A stretch of 63,302 nucleotides of DNA, filler included, from Intoshia linei (Eukaryota > Animalia > Orthonectida): NCBI GenBank assembly GCA_001642005.1. It is 6 parts of 6 records of this genome, joined end to end, with 100 filler letters (N's around TTAATTAATTAA, not from the genome) between each part and the next. Parts side by side here need not be neighbours in the genome. Positions count along the whole stretch, not along the records: positions 1 to 20,621 come from LWCA01000686.1; positions 20,722 to 51,142 come from LWCA01000361.1; 4 more parts are not named here. One strand, 5' to 3'. This document shows, piece by piece, positions 12,366 through 25,400 of the stretch. Every line of letters starts with the position of its first letter. Position 1 is the stretch's first letter. The position numbers were made by a program, and so were the translations under genes. The notes beneath the pieces are model-generated. The model was given only the letters and a program-made list of their open reading frames with translations, had not been told where the DNA came from and searched no databases.

Positions 12366-15300
12366 TTATAAAAACATGTTGGAACTATCACATCCATTAA
12401 AGCTTATATTAATTATGCAGTCATATTTAATTCCAACACCCTTGAGAGTTTTAAACTGACTAATGATATCTTCATCCAATAATTTTCTTTTATAATACAA
12501 ACAAAAAGAATCGGATTGAATAGAATGGATATTCGAAATGAGCATTTTGAGTTGAAAAATTAGCATTGATTGAGATACTTCAATAATTATATTGTCTCTG
12601 AATATACTATACCGATCCATATTTTTTATACAAACGAAATAAGTTTTTTTAAAGACCATACGAGTAGTTGCTTCGCAATTGGGATTGTCTGTCAAAGCTG
12701 AGAGGTTTGGTAATTTAGCATACTGATGTTTTATATTTTCGCGGAATTTTAGAGTCTCTTTCCTACCTAGAGATAAATTTTTATTTTCAAATACGTCAAT
12801 TATACCCTGCAACGTGCAAAGCTTTTCTTCAGAAGATAATTTGTTTGTCAAAGTTTCTTTAAAAACCTTTCTAGTAAAAATGCTTTTACTACGATTGATC
12901 ATGGGTTCTTTCTCCTTTTTCTTTGGTTCCACGTCTTGTATAAAGTATTCGTCATTTTCACTATTATCTATAGAATTTTTTTCGGATGAGCTGGATCTTT
13001 CTTCGTCGCTAGCAACTTCTGTAATGGGTTGGGTTAGGGGATAGTGTATATTGTAAGAAGACAAAATTGCCCGAATTTTGTGAATCTTTTCACGTAGAAT
13101 AGTATTGGATATGTCCATTTTGTTTTCCTCCATTACATCGTATGTATTGATATCACACATGAATGTACTCATTGTATCGCTAACTCTTCTGTTCTTTAAT
13201 TTATACACTTCATCATATTCTTCATTTAAGCTATCATTGGGCAAACTTTTATTCATCACCATTTTTGTAATTTGCTTAGATGATAGACTTTTTTCCCTTA
13301 TTATACTTCCGTTCTTGGTAAAAGATTCATTAAAACTTTTTTCCTTGTTCAATTTGTTTGTCGTTTTACGTACATTCAATTTGGATAATGATTGACGTAT
13401 TTTGGATTTGATGGTGGCTCTATTCTGAGACGATTTAAAAGTTCCTTCTACGGATGATCCTGATTTAGATTTTTTACTTTTTTTGGTAACTATCGTGGTT
13501 GTAGATTGTTTCAAATCTTCAGGAGTATTATCTGGAGTAATTGCATTGGATGTAAATTTAGACCCGCTACGTTTAATCCTTGATCTTAAATCATCCATGC
13601 TAGGATTCACTAATGTATTGTTAAGGTTTTTGCTATTTTCATCGCATTTCACTATCCGCCACAAAACATATATGGCGGAAGACGTACTCAATATGTTTCG
13701 ATAGTCGTATTTATTTGAAGTTCCATAATTTTTTTCATAAAATTCTGATAATATCGTACTATTTGAAAGTATATACAATTTTATAGAAATATTTACATAA
13801 TCGTTCTTTCTGTCCTCTTCATTGAATATATACTGATGAGAAGGATGATTTTTGATTATATCAAAGTTTTTGTATCGAAAAAGTGATTTTACCGCATTTA
13901 TAAAGGATTTACACGTCAAGTATAACCGAGGAGATACCAAAGCACGTTCTCCATTTAATGTGGATATAACTATTAATGCAGCTGGCCATATATTTATAGA
14001 ATCAAGTTCCAATTTAGGTATTCGTATTCGTGTGTCTTTGATGCTTGAATCTGGTAATGCATCTATATGATCATTATGCTTTATCCCCAATTGATGAAAT
14101 GTTTTTGAGGTTAATGGTAGCTTTATGTCTTTACGGTAGATTAAACGTTTTGATTCCTTCCGTAATTGTTGTACAGCCGATAATAAAGTCATTGGTCGAT
14201 CGATCGATCTAATTTAAACAATTATAATGTAATCATTTAGTTTTTCGTTAATATAATATAGCAGGGGATCCCATACTTTTTTCAGGCGGACCGGTAGTAA
14301 ATAAAAAATTGAAATATATTTTTAAACATTTTAATGTATTTTTGTCCTTCTATTTTATCTAAATAGTGAAAAATATTCACCAATCCAGGGTGTATTACTT
14401 TTCGGAATATTTAGGTGCCGAATTTATTTATTTCACAAAGTAGATAATAATCCTTAATGATGACAACTAAACCAGTGTTTCTCAAAATTTTTTCATTGCG
14501 CGGACTTGGAAAAAAATGCTTGTTAAATGGCATATGTAATGTATGTCTAACGTTCAAAAGATGAAAATTATATTGCTGGTTCGCTAGTGTTCATTATCTA
14601 CAGCTAGTTGTTTTTAACTTCTAAAACTTTTTAGTGTTATATTAGTTTTATAATACAAATAATGTATATGATAGTGCAGTGCACAAAGTGCACATATCAA
14701 ACTTTTAATTAATTTAATATGGTAATTTTTTTTTATGTATAGTATCTATACAATAGATGCAAATATGGTAAAAACAAACCATTTTATTGCGCACATGCCT
14801 TCCCATATATAATGTAATAAACTTTTATTATATTGAATGGAACATAAGTTAAGTGTTATAAAATGTCGAAATAATATCATTAATTCTTTTTATTTATTAA
14901 TTTAACCTTTTTAAACTAATGAATTAAATTTTGAATTAAAATAAAATTGAAAATAGAGTTAGATTATAAAAAAAATGTGGATTAAGATAAAATTAAATAG
15001 TAAGATGGAGATATTGAAGTGTACTTATATTTTACAATAATTGAGTTTATATGGTAGTAAAAATAAAGTTGAACTTTAGCTTTAATTTACTTTTTTAGGT
15101 AAATGTCTCCCAGCCTAAATGACAACAATTTCAAATTTAACAATATTTGTGCTGTATTTTTTAACTCAAATAATATCCGTTTTTTTTTTAATGAAATTTA
15201 TATTGAGTATTAAAGATTTTATTTTTCCTAGCATACTAGCTGTCGCTGACTGTAAAACATAAAATATATAAAAATAACATAAAATTAATAGTAGTAAATT

Positions 15301-18300
15301 TCCTCAATTGTGAGTAATTCCATCTTCCAACAAATACTGATTTATCATTTTACTTCTTAATATTAGATTTTTTAATTAGTGAAACAGTCTAGTGAGATGC
15401 AAAAGTTTTGACAATATGTGACTTATGTGCGTTTGGAAATTTATCAAAAATATCAAATATTATTAAATGTAAATGTAAATTTTAATCTAAAATTTTAAGT
15501 TTGTAAAAACATATATGTGAGCGCCGAACCTACCAAACTGATGGTCACCGCCGAAAGCCAAAATTTTTTCCCTTAAAAAAATTAAATTAAATGTCATATC
15601 ACTCAAGCCACACCTCCAAGACTCTTGATTGACACATATTAACACGTATACCAGCGTTTCATAAATGCTAAATTTTATAATTTATTACCGGTCCGCCGTC
15701 AAAAAAGTGTGGGTACCGCTGATCTATACTATTCACAATGGTATATTACACACCAATATTACTTTTTTTTAATTCTCAATTTAACACAAATTTCATGGAG
15801 ACCCGAAGATGGTATCTCGGTACGGTAAGTTGGTCGCTATATAAATGTAAATCCTCAGACCTAAAAAGCTAGTTTCTATTTGTAATAAGTATGTAATCGG
15901 CTAGCTAGTATATTGATATTTTAATAATATATACAAATTTAATATAAACTACATTATGTATTATTATGTAAAAATATTAATTTTTCCTGGTTTTCTGGTA
16001 AAAGGATTCAAAAACACTGGTTTATGTAGACAACATAATATCCAAGTCATCTGTAAATGACGGTTAGTTAGTGTATATCAGGGACGCCCAACCTGTCGAT
16101 CGCCAAAATGAATTAAATTATTTTATTAATACTCGTTATCAAAATAATGTCTATTTTAAAATAGTTATTTTTAATATTGTTAAAATTAAATTTAAAATAA
16201 TATTTGGATTAGTTCACTATTTCTTAAACTAGGTTTTGGCGATAATTTTCAAATATACCGCGAAAGTACCTCGAATTATTCTGAATTTTAACTTTTATGT
16301 TTTCTACAATCATACTAAAAATATTTAGTTAACAATTGTTATTGTGTTCCGATCAGACACATTTTTCTAATCAATGTATTAGTTGATCGCCATTAATTGA
16401 AAATTTTTTAAGTCGATCGCATCAAAAAAAGGTTGGGTACCCCTTGTGCATAATATATTGAATACCTGATGAAAATCCGGACTGGGTATGTTTTTTCAAC
16501 CCATTATTTCAAAAATTAGTTCATGAATATGTAAAGATTTGTAAAATTACAACGCACAAAAAAAATTTGACTGCAAATCAATTGAGCAAAAAAAATTTGT
16601 TATAGACTGCGTTAAAAATTATTTTAAACATTTCTAATGGTTTTCCATATTTGAGTGCATTCTAATTTTATTTCATCATGCCGACCGAGGTAAATTTTTT
16701 AATTAATTTTCAACAAGTCTAGACTATAGACTCTACAATATATATTTCAGAGCCCAAAATATAACATATAAGCTGGAAGAACATCGTAAAATGATCAAGA
16801 TGAGAACGTGGGAAAAAGTTAATTTTAAATTAAGTACAAAAAACTAAAACTTAACCTAAAAAGTACAGAAAATACCTGGTTAAAATTAAAATTATACCTA
16901 AATTCAAACATGTATGTTGATTGATTTGTCAAATCGTTTTGCAGAGTGGTAATCGAAAGTATATTAGCATCTGAAAGAGCTTCATTGTTACTTTTAAGAT
17001 ACTCTCTTTTGTATATTTTTCCATAATCTGGATGATTTGGTGTGATTTCTGGGTTATAATTGGTGGTTTGGACAATTCGATAACAATAAAAAATGATTGA
17101 ACCATGCACAATACCCAGTTTGTATAAAATTCCATTTTTATTAGGCATTACCTGTCGATCTAGGAACAATCGTTCTCTTTCGACTTGTTCTCCAGAAACT
17201 ATGAATATTTTTTTCATTAACAATTTAACATTGCACAATTTAGAAATTCGAAACATGTATTGATTGCCACGCCTAGAATTATAAAAAACGACAATATTGT
17301 TACGAGCGTCGTCGCTCATAACGTTTTCATCAGTTTCTGATCGAAAAACACTTTTATGTAACAAGGTTTGAGATTCAATCATGTCTTCATTCGATTTCTT
17401 GTCAGATAATTTTTTAGACAATTTTTTTTTAACCTTTTCTTTAGTTTCACATTTTTTATTGTCAGATATATCCGAAGCTGATATCGATTGTGGAGGTGTC
17501 AAAATTGACCTATTATCGCCAAATGGATAAATTTCACAACACACTGAATAAACCATTGATCCTGTCACAATTTGATATTCTGCCAAACTCTTATTATCTT
17601 GTAGAATATGTTTGCCATAAACGAGTGTATTAATAGATTCCCTTATTTGCGTAATGTATCTAAATGCCTTTTTGACGGAATAAATGGATTTAGAAGCGTC
17701 AATTCTGATTGCAACAACATAAAAATCGTTCAATTTAGTGTCAATGGTATAAATTACGCGATTGAAGTTATTTGGCCAACAGGACAAGTCTTTGTCAAAA
17801 GTATTATTTTTAGTATATTTCAACATTTCGGAAGCGTATTCGTTTCGTACCTGATCATCGCATTTGTTGTAAATATCATCCACGTCGTTTGGAGAGTATT
17901 GAATATATTGTTTAGTTAAGATGAAGAAACAAATGGGCAAGGCCATTTCTTGAGAATTGTCTTGATCGTTTAAATTTCTCTTTTGTTTTGTTGCTTTTTT
18001 CAATTCATTGTCTTGATGAATATATAACCTCTCGTAAGCTGATTTGAAGAAGGATCTAATCATAACCGATACCAATATAACACATTCGCAATCAATAATT
18101 TTATAATCACACAATAGTCCGTATTGGTCAATCAACTCCACATTTGAGTCTTTGTTAGGCGTATTTGTTCTCATTATATGCAATTCTTGATAATGATGTG
18201 ATATTCCTGTACATTTGTGAATACATTTCATTAAATAAAAAATACTATCAGTGTCATCGATATTTATATAATCGCAGGTTAAATTGGGAGATACAATTTT

Positions 18301-18628
18301 CAAATGCATGTCTCGCAAAAACTGGTCAAATTCAAAGATAACTTGAGAAAATCTGAATAAAGGTTATATCACATTTAATTAAGAAAATCAACTTATATTT
18401 CTCTTGTAGTTTTCAAATATCCCTTATTAACTGGTTTATTTAACAATGATCAATATTTGTTTTACATGCATGTTCACAGGCATCATACTCAATATTATTG
18501 CAATATATTAATGATATATCGTACACACCATTTGTACACTTTAAACTGGTGGGTACGTAAAATTTACATTGTAAGTTGCAAATTTCATCGGACACATTTA
18601 TGTCAACATTTCTAAACAAACTTAACAT
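12366..18628 (-). CDS. multi-ubiquitin-like-domain protein, ~1191 aa
   Basis: Phase-compatible GT-AG exon chain 18628-18466, 18422-18393, 18341-16876, 15836-15763, 14208-12366 (3576 nt) joins three ORFs. Repeated UBL signatures: LVYGKHILQDNKSLAEYQIVTGS, RLFLDRQVM...LGIVHGS, LYYKRKLLDE...TLKGVGIKYD. Confidence 0.7.
14262..15721. mobile_element. non-autonomous hAT (Charlie/Buster-type) element in an intron
   Basis: ~45-bp imperfect TIRs caggggatcccatacttttttcaggcggaccggtagtaaa / tttattaccggtccgccgtcaaaaaagtgtgggtaccgctg; degenerate nnnTAnnn flanks. Confidence 0.75.
16079..16445. mobile_element. hAT MITE in an intron
   Basis: TIRs cagggacgcccaacct / aggttgggtacccctt; flanks GTGTATAT / GTGCATAA (6 of 8 match). 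Confidence 0.75.
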
Positions 18629-18998
18629 TTTAGAATGAGATATGACAGATTTTACATGAATAAAAAATTAATGAATCGCACACATAGTATAAAAGACTTT
18701 ACGGTCGAGATTCGTTGATATTAAACGGTAGAGATTAAATTTTTACATGTAATAAATATATTACGTAGTTAACCTTTCAACGTGACATTTAGCTTTTGTT
18801 TAAATATTAATAACTATTTTATGTTGTATTAATAAATTCCTGTATTATTCCTGTAAATAATATATGGATAGAATCCAATATATATCAAATTGAATGCGAT
18901 AAAATCTACCCTGTGTTTGATGTGAAAAAACTGAAATTTTTACGATAATTTAATATATATACGTAATATGTATATTATACAGTGTATAGGGTGTCCAC

Positions 18999-20528
18999 TA
19001 GGCTGGACACAATTTCAATATTTTTGAATTTCTTATGGGCCATTAGCCAGAAAGTTTCGTTTTGTTAAATTAACTTAAAATACAAAATTTTAACAAAATT
19101 TGAAAACTCTACGAGGTGCTCAAGGATACTGAATTTTAGTATACGATTTGTATACATAACTATGTATGAGTAGGATATACCGAGGATTTATCTTAGTTTT
19201 ATCATATTTAAAATAACATTGATTACGGAGACGTTCATTTTGGCGAAAACTATTGTGTTTAAATTATTACCAAAGGTTTGTAGGTGTGCCTAATTAAAAA
19301 AAATCCAATATTTTTGATATTTCGTAAATGTATAATAGCATGCAAAAAGCTAATATTGTTTCACTTTTCGAATTGATTAGAGCCCGAAGAGCTATAATTT
19401 AAAAAAATCTATCAGATGTTATACACACCGTTAAAAATTCAACAATTGTATTATCATAATCATCAGCTTTTTTCATGTCAAATTGCAGACAAAAATCTTT
19501 TTTAAAGAACTGAATATCTGAATTTATTTTATTTGTACAACAACCAATTCTTTGTTCAAAGCATGCATGCACATTGTTCTACAAGGAATGATAGAATTAG
19601 TGATTGTTTTTAGAATCGTTTGCATTTTACGTGATGAAGTTTCTGTCTTTATACATATTATTGTTATTATTATATTGTTACTAGATAATTTTGACTGTTC
19701 TCTACTATCAGCTAATTCAGTATTTTCAAAAACTTGATTATTGCAATTCAACTCTATCGAAATAGGTAGAGGTTTTTGAACTTGAAACGTATTTAATCGG
19801 TGTTTCTCTTTTAATTCGCGCTGCAATTGTAATTCCTTACGTTTTATTTTTTTTCATATTTACGACCAAATGCATTATCAAGTATACCAAACATCATCTT
19901 TCTTTTGTTTCTCTGATCACGTAAAAAACACAAGTCTTCAGGATGTGTACATATCAACTCGGCATTTATACGCGATATATCGAACAATTTATCAATTGTA
20001 TTAATGAAATTATCCTCACGTTATATTTGTGACTTACATCTCCTATTTTTATTCTTTTTTAATAAATTATAGCGTTTGCAGTATGTCTTTAACATATTTA
20101 CAAAAATCTTCCATCACATTGCCTATTATCCAAATATAATCCGCGGATCTTGTTAATACGTGCATTTCCAAAAAAAAACTTTATAATTTAAATTAATAAA
20201 GCTAGGCAAACTTAAAACCAATTTGAGCACTACATTAAAATTAATTTTGCTTCCTAAAATTTTGCATAGACATACGTATGAATCTGAAGAATAAAATTAG
20301 AGAATGGCCCATCAGAGAATATTAGTGAAAAAATATATATGACCATTCAAATTTTTTAACCAAAATGTCTAATTTTTTAGCTTTGCACGTCATTGAGCAC
20401 TTCTATGATGTTATTTTTTTTATGTAAAATTTGGCATGTGCGTATGTATTCATAAAATAAACAACATTATCGAAGGGCCTATCAAAAAATGTAAAAAAAA
20501 ATTTACTATGAAAATTGTGTCCACCCTA
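18999..20528 (-). mobile_element. degenerate hATm transposon
   Basis: TIRs taggctggacacaatttc / gaaaattgtgtccacccta; perfect TSD GTGTCCAC (18991-18998, 20529-20536); frameshifted remnant IDKLFDIS...EDLCFLRDQRNKRKMMFG typical of the hATm N-terminal region. Confidence 0.8.
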
Positions 20529-20621
20529 GTGTCCACTTTTAAACTTTCGGTTGAATTAACAAAAGTGTATTTTACTGAACGTTCGAAATGTAATTTAGAA
20601 CACAATTACCGATTAAATTTT

Positions 20622-20721
20622 NNNNNNNNNNNNNNNNNNNNNNNNNNNNNNNNNNNNNNNNNNNNTTAATTAATTAANNNNNNNNNNNNNNNNNNNNNNN
20701 NNNNNNNNNNNNNNNNNNNNN
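20622..20721. other. assembly gap with artificial linker
   Basis: N44-TTAATTAATTAA-N44; the linker has stops in all six frames. Confidence 0.95.
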
Positions 20722-21112
20722 ATGCACATTTTTTTTGAAATTGTAGGATCAATATTTACATTTTCAATTTTTGATAATATATTAAAAATTATTTTTGACC
20801 GGGAATGCGTAGATTTTTGGGGTTGAAATTATATATATAGTAGTTATATTATTATTATATTATTAGAGTAGCATATTATATAAGTTAGGAAAATAATAAT
20901 ATAATAGTTATATAATAAAGTATAACAAAATAATAATAATGTGAACTTTTTATTTATTTAATCGTTAAACCTTAGGTTAAGTTTTATTATCGTCAAGCAA
21001 TTTTGTACATTACTGGTTCAGTTACATTACTTTACTGTACAGTACGCATGTTCCTATCGGACAGGTACCAGTCAGCTGACCGGCGATCGGGAAACGCGGA
21101 TTAAATATCCAA

Positions 21113-22270
21113 TCCTTTACTTGAATAAAATTAGATATCCGTATATTTAAAACATTGACAGTCTTAGAATCTAAATAAACCTATTTCTAATACAGTTTTT
21201 GCTAGTGCTTGTTTATATCCATTTTTCAATTTCAGAATTCGAGTCCTTCAGGGTCAGAAACACAACTTTTCCTTTTGTTTACTAATAAAATCAGCGTAAA
21301 AATGTAATAAAACATACATTCTGGGATGAGTTTTGAAACGATTAACATTATCGTAAATCTCAGCCTCAGAAACGAACACCTTCATGCTCAAACCCAAAAT
21401 TACCCTATGTTGAAAAACATAAAACATGTCCTAAAATTTTATAAACTCTAAATAATAAACATAAATTCTGGGATAGTTTTTAAAATCATAAGCATTATAA
21501 TAAATGGCAACTTCAAAAAAGTGCATTTTCAGGACTAAAACCACAGATTGTCCTTTTTTAAAATATCAAAATAGAACTAGAATTTAAAAAAAATTTACAG
21601 CTGATCAAGTTATATCTAGTTAAAATACACCAAAAATTTCAATCTGACAAAGTGAGGCCTTCACGGTCAAAAAAGCACTTTAGTATTCATTTATTTTTGG
21701 AAATTATTTTATTAACATGTAAAACAAAAAATTTGAAATAATTAAGTCGTATAATTAAAAAAATATTAATCAATTATTCTGATAAAGCTTATTCCAGTTG
21801 ATATATATACCAAATTTCACCCTCTAAAATCTACGCATTCTCGGTGAAAAATAATTTTTAACAGATTATCAACCAATATTTTTCAAATTTCTGAATTACA
21901 ATTGTAATTGTAAAATTAAAATTTAAATATTCATCCTGTAATTTCAAAAAAAGTTGTTACTTACCGTATACATATTTTAAATACACAAATATAAGTTGCA
22001 ATTTAATCATTTGATTATTTTTGTTTTTTTATCATTGCTACGTTTCAAAGATTATTCATTTTTTAAAAATTTCAAGTTTAGAATCAACTTTGAAATTCAA
22101 TACAAAAAGTAACTCAGTACTCTATAAAATTGTGAATTTTTTACAAAATTTGAACACACTAGTATACACTAGTGACTACAAATAAATTAAAAAATTGATC
22201 TTAAAATTAAAAAGACGGCCCTCGTCGGATCTAGCTGCTGTTTGTACGAAGTACATAACAGTCAAGCTAC
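21113..22270 (+). mobile_element. non-autonomous Helitron copy with internal subrepeats of roughly 130-150 bp
   Basis: A|TCCTTTAC start; 3' hairpin ctgtttgtac-gaa-gtacataacag followed by caagCTAC (degenerate CTAG). Confidence 0.7.
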
Positions 22271-22425
22271 AATTTAATATAATTTTTTAACAGTAGTGTA
22301 GTTTAAAAATATAATATTCATGTGTGCAAAAAATTTAAACTATGATTTTGTTACCTACCAATGATTAATGTTATTGTTTGTTAGAAACAAAAATAGATGT
22401 AACTTTTAATTGAAAAAGCCTACAA

Positions 22426-25400
22426 ATGGTGTATAAAGTAGGTAAAAACATTTCCTAGTAAATTTTTATAATTAGAAAAAAACAAAAAAAATTGTTCAAA
22501 AAAACATAAAAATGACTGAAACTTTCAAACACCAAAAATCCATTACTCCAGATTCTAATTCTGTAAAATCGGATAATTATGAAAATGAAGAATTCGATAT
22601 AGATGCTTCAAATAGTTCAAATGTACTAAATTTTAATTGCACTTAAATTTACGCATTCATTTACAATTTGCAATTTATTTTTAGAATTATAATGACGAAT
22701 TTGCTACTGATTCATCAGATACTGAACCAGCCAATGAAAAGGTAAAATTGAGCATTTTTATATAAACCCCCTCCCAGCAATTTTGCAATTAATATAAACC
22801 TGTCTAGATAAACATATAAGTTTCTGAATTTTTTTATATGATACAGATTACCAAGACCCGTTATTAGAAAAAAAATTTAAAAAAAAAATCGATATATTCG
22901 TAAATATTTAATTTTTTATTTAAAATTATTATTAAAATTGCTGGGACGGGATATATGCATTTTAAAAAAAATTCTAGAATTATAAAATTGAAATAAATGG
23001 AAAGTTTAAAGTGACAAAATCTTGTGACAAACGTTATCGTGATTTATATTCACTATTAGTATTAGATTTTTGTCAAATAAATATATACAATCAATCCATT
23101 TTTGATAAAAGTCGGCAATATTTATCTAATTACCAAAACAAAAAAATAAAACAGGTAAATTTAAAATCTGAAATTTGAAATTAAAAATTAAGCAAAATGT
23201 TACCTTTAAATTAGATGTCAATTCAAACAGGAGACTACACTATGAGCGAGTCCTGTCAAACTGACAAAATCAACAAAATTGACGTATCCGTACAATCGCC
23301 AGAAAAGTACAGCCAAAACGTAAAGATTGAAATTGCAAATGAAATTGAAAAAGAAAAATTGGAGAAGGATTCACAAGTTTTAAAATTTTTACAACAAGTA
23401 GAAAGCCCACTATCTAACTATTTAAGATTGATTGTTACAGGACAATCCAACAAATCGAAAAGTAACTTGTCCATATCGAGTGTAATGGTCACTATACTAT
23501 CCAGAGAAATTAAGAAAATTGAAAAGATTTACCAACAAAGTTTGAAACCTTCAATTTCATGCTTTTCAGATAACAATTACAATTACTTGATGGTTGTTTA
23601 TTCAAATGAATCTATGAATGCTTCTTTTTTGGCAATTTTTCATATCTGTGATGATAAGAATGTTTTGTTTGTGTCTGACAAATTACATTACAAAATTGTT
23701 AAAGCTTCTTTTGGATTAGCAACTGAAAATGTATTGATATGTGGGTGTGATGATGGGGTTATCGTCATTTTTCAAAAAAGGGTAGACGGTGATTCCATTC
23801 AATATATACCAGTATATGACACATCATATTTATCATCAATTTCTGAAAAATGTCATCGTGGAGCAATTGTTTCCATTGAATTGTTATTGGAAAATGATAA
23901 TAAATTTGAAACTGTTCTCAAGGATGTAGAACACTTTTATTTTTACACCTTTGATAATACTGGATTAGTCATTTGTTGGTGCATTAAATTAAATGAAAAA
24001 CATTCCATTTTTGAGACGAATTTGAAACATCAATATGGCCAATTGAATAATTCCAAAGTTAAATTGAACATCATCTCTTATATTCATTTTAATGAGTAAT
24101 TTTAATTTTTAACGACTTCTTGCAGAACCGAGCCTACTATACTCTGATATCCTACTTCGGGAGAATCGGAAAAAGGGTCGATGAAATTTTTGTAAAACGG
24201 TGGAATTATATTTCTAAATTGGCATTAAAAATTATCTTATTGACATTATTAGTGAATATCATAACTATTTTGTGTGCAAAATTTAAAATGTTAAGTTATA
24301 TGGCTATATGACTCTACAATGTAGAGTCTATATATCGTTTTTTTAATTTTTACGACCTATTTTTCATTTCGGATAGCCTCGAGCTTGGTAGGTCGATTCT
24401 GACTCATGTTCTCGAGTATTACTTTTTAAACATATTTATTTTAGAACTAATTTTGATTATACGGATATGATTGTATATAAAAAAATTGGTAAACTCTTTG
24501 CTTCAAATCAACAAGTACATTTTTTTGTCAAATTTATTTACATTTATTAGTTTTTAAAAACTTTTTATCGTAATTTTAAATTGATAATTTTAAATTGATA
24601 AATTTAAATCTGATCTTCTGAAAATCTAATTTGCATTACTGTATCATCTCCAAAAACTGTATTAGAAATTGGGATTGTTTAAATTTCTAGGACTACATTT
24701 TTGAATTAAACAGTAACATGCAGAGTCTGTATTACAGATACAGCAATTTTATATTAGTAAAGAATGTAAAATTAAAATCAAAAATCCAGGTTTTAAACAT
24801 TTCCTTTTGGCGCAAAATTTATTTGAGCGACATAATCATTATTTTTTTAATACTATTGATTCTTTAACCAAGTTTTTAAAGGAAGTTTTTTTATTCAATT
24901 TTTAGACATTTTAAAGGTTTTTTTGGTCAGAAATTTTGTAGGGATTTGACAAATTTTTTTTTATTTTTACCAAATTTTTAAGGATTTTAAAGTTATTTTT
25001 TGGTCTATAATCTGTATGATTTTTAAGGTAAGTTTTTTTGATCTAATTTTTAGTTATTGAAGATACTTTTATGATCAATATTTGGTTGGGGTTTTAAGAG
25101 CATTTTTTACCCAATTTTATGGTCTTAAAAATTTGGTAGGGTTTTTAAGAGAACCTTTTTTTCATCTAATATTTAATTTTATATTTTAAATATTTTCAAT
25201 ATAATTTTTGGACTAAGATGTTATAGTGTTAAGGGAATATTTTTAACATGTAAATTTAAAAATTAAAAATTAAAAATTGTGTGATAAATATTCTTTTAAA
25301 TGGCCTCTAAATTTTGGTAACAAAATTATCTTCAAAATCTCTAAAAATTGAGAGAAAAAAACTTTCTTTAAAAACCCTACCAAATTTTGAGACCAAAAAT

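Noticed and set aside
12814-14070. Several + strand ORFs
   Set aside because: Antisense shadows of the multi-UBL coding exon
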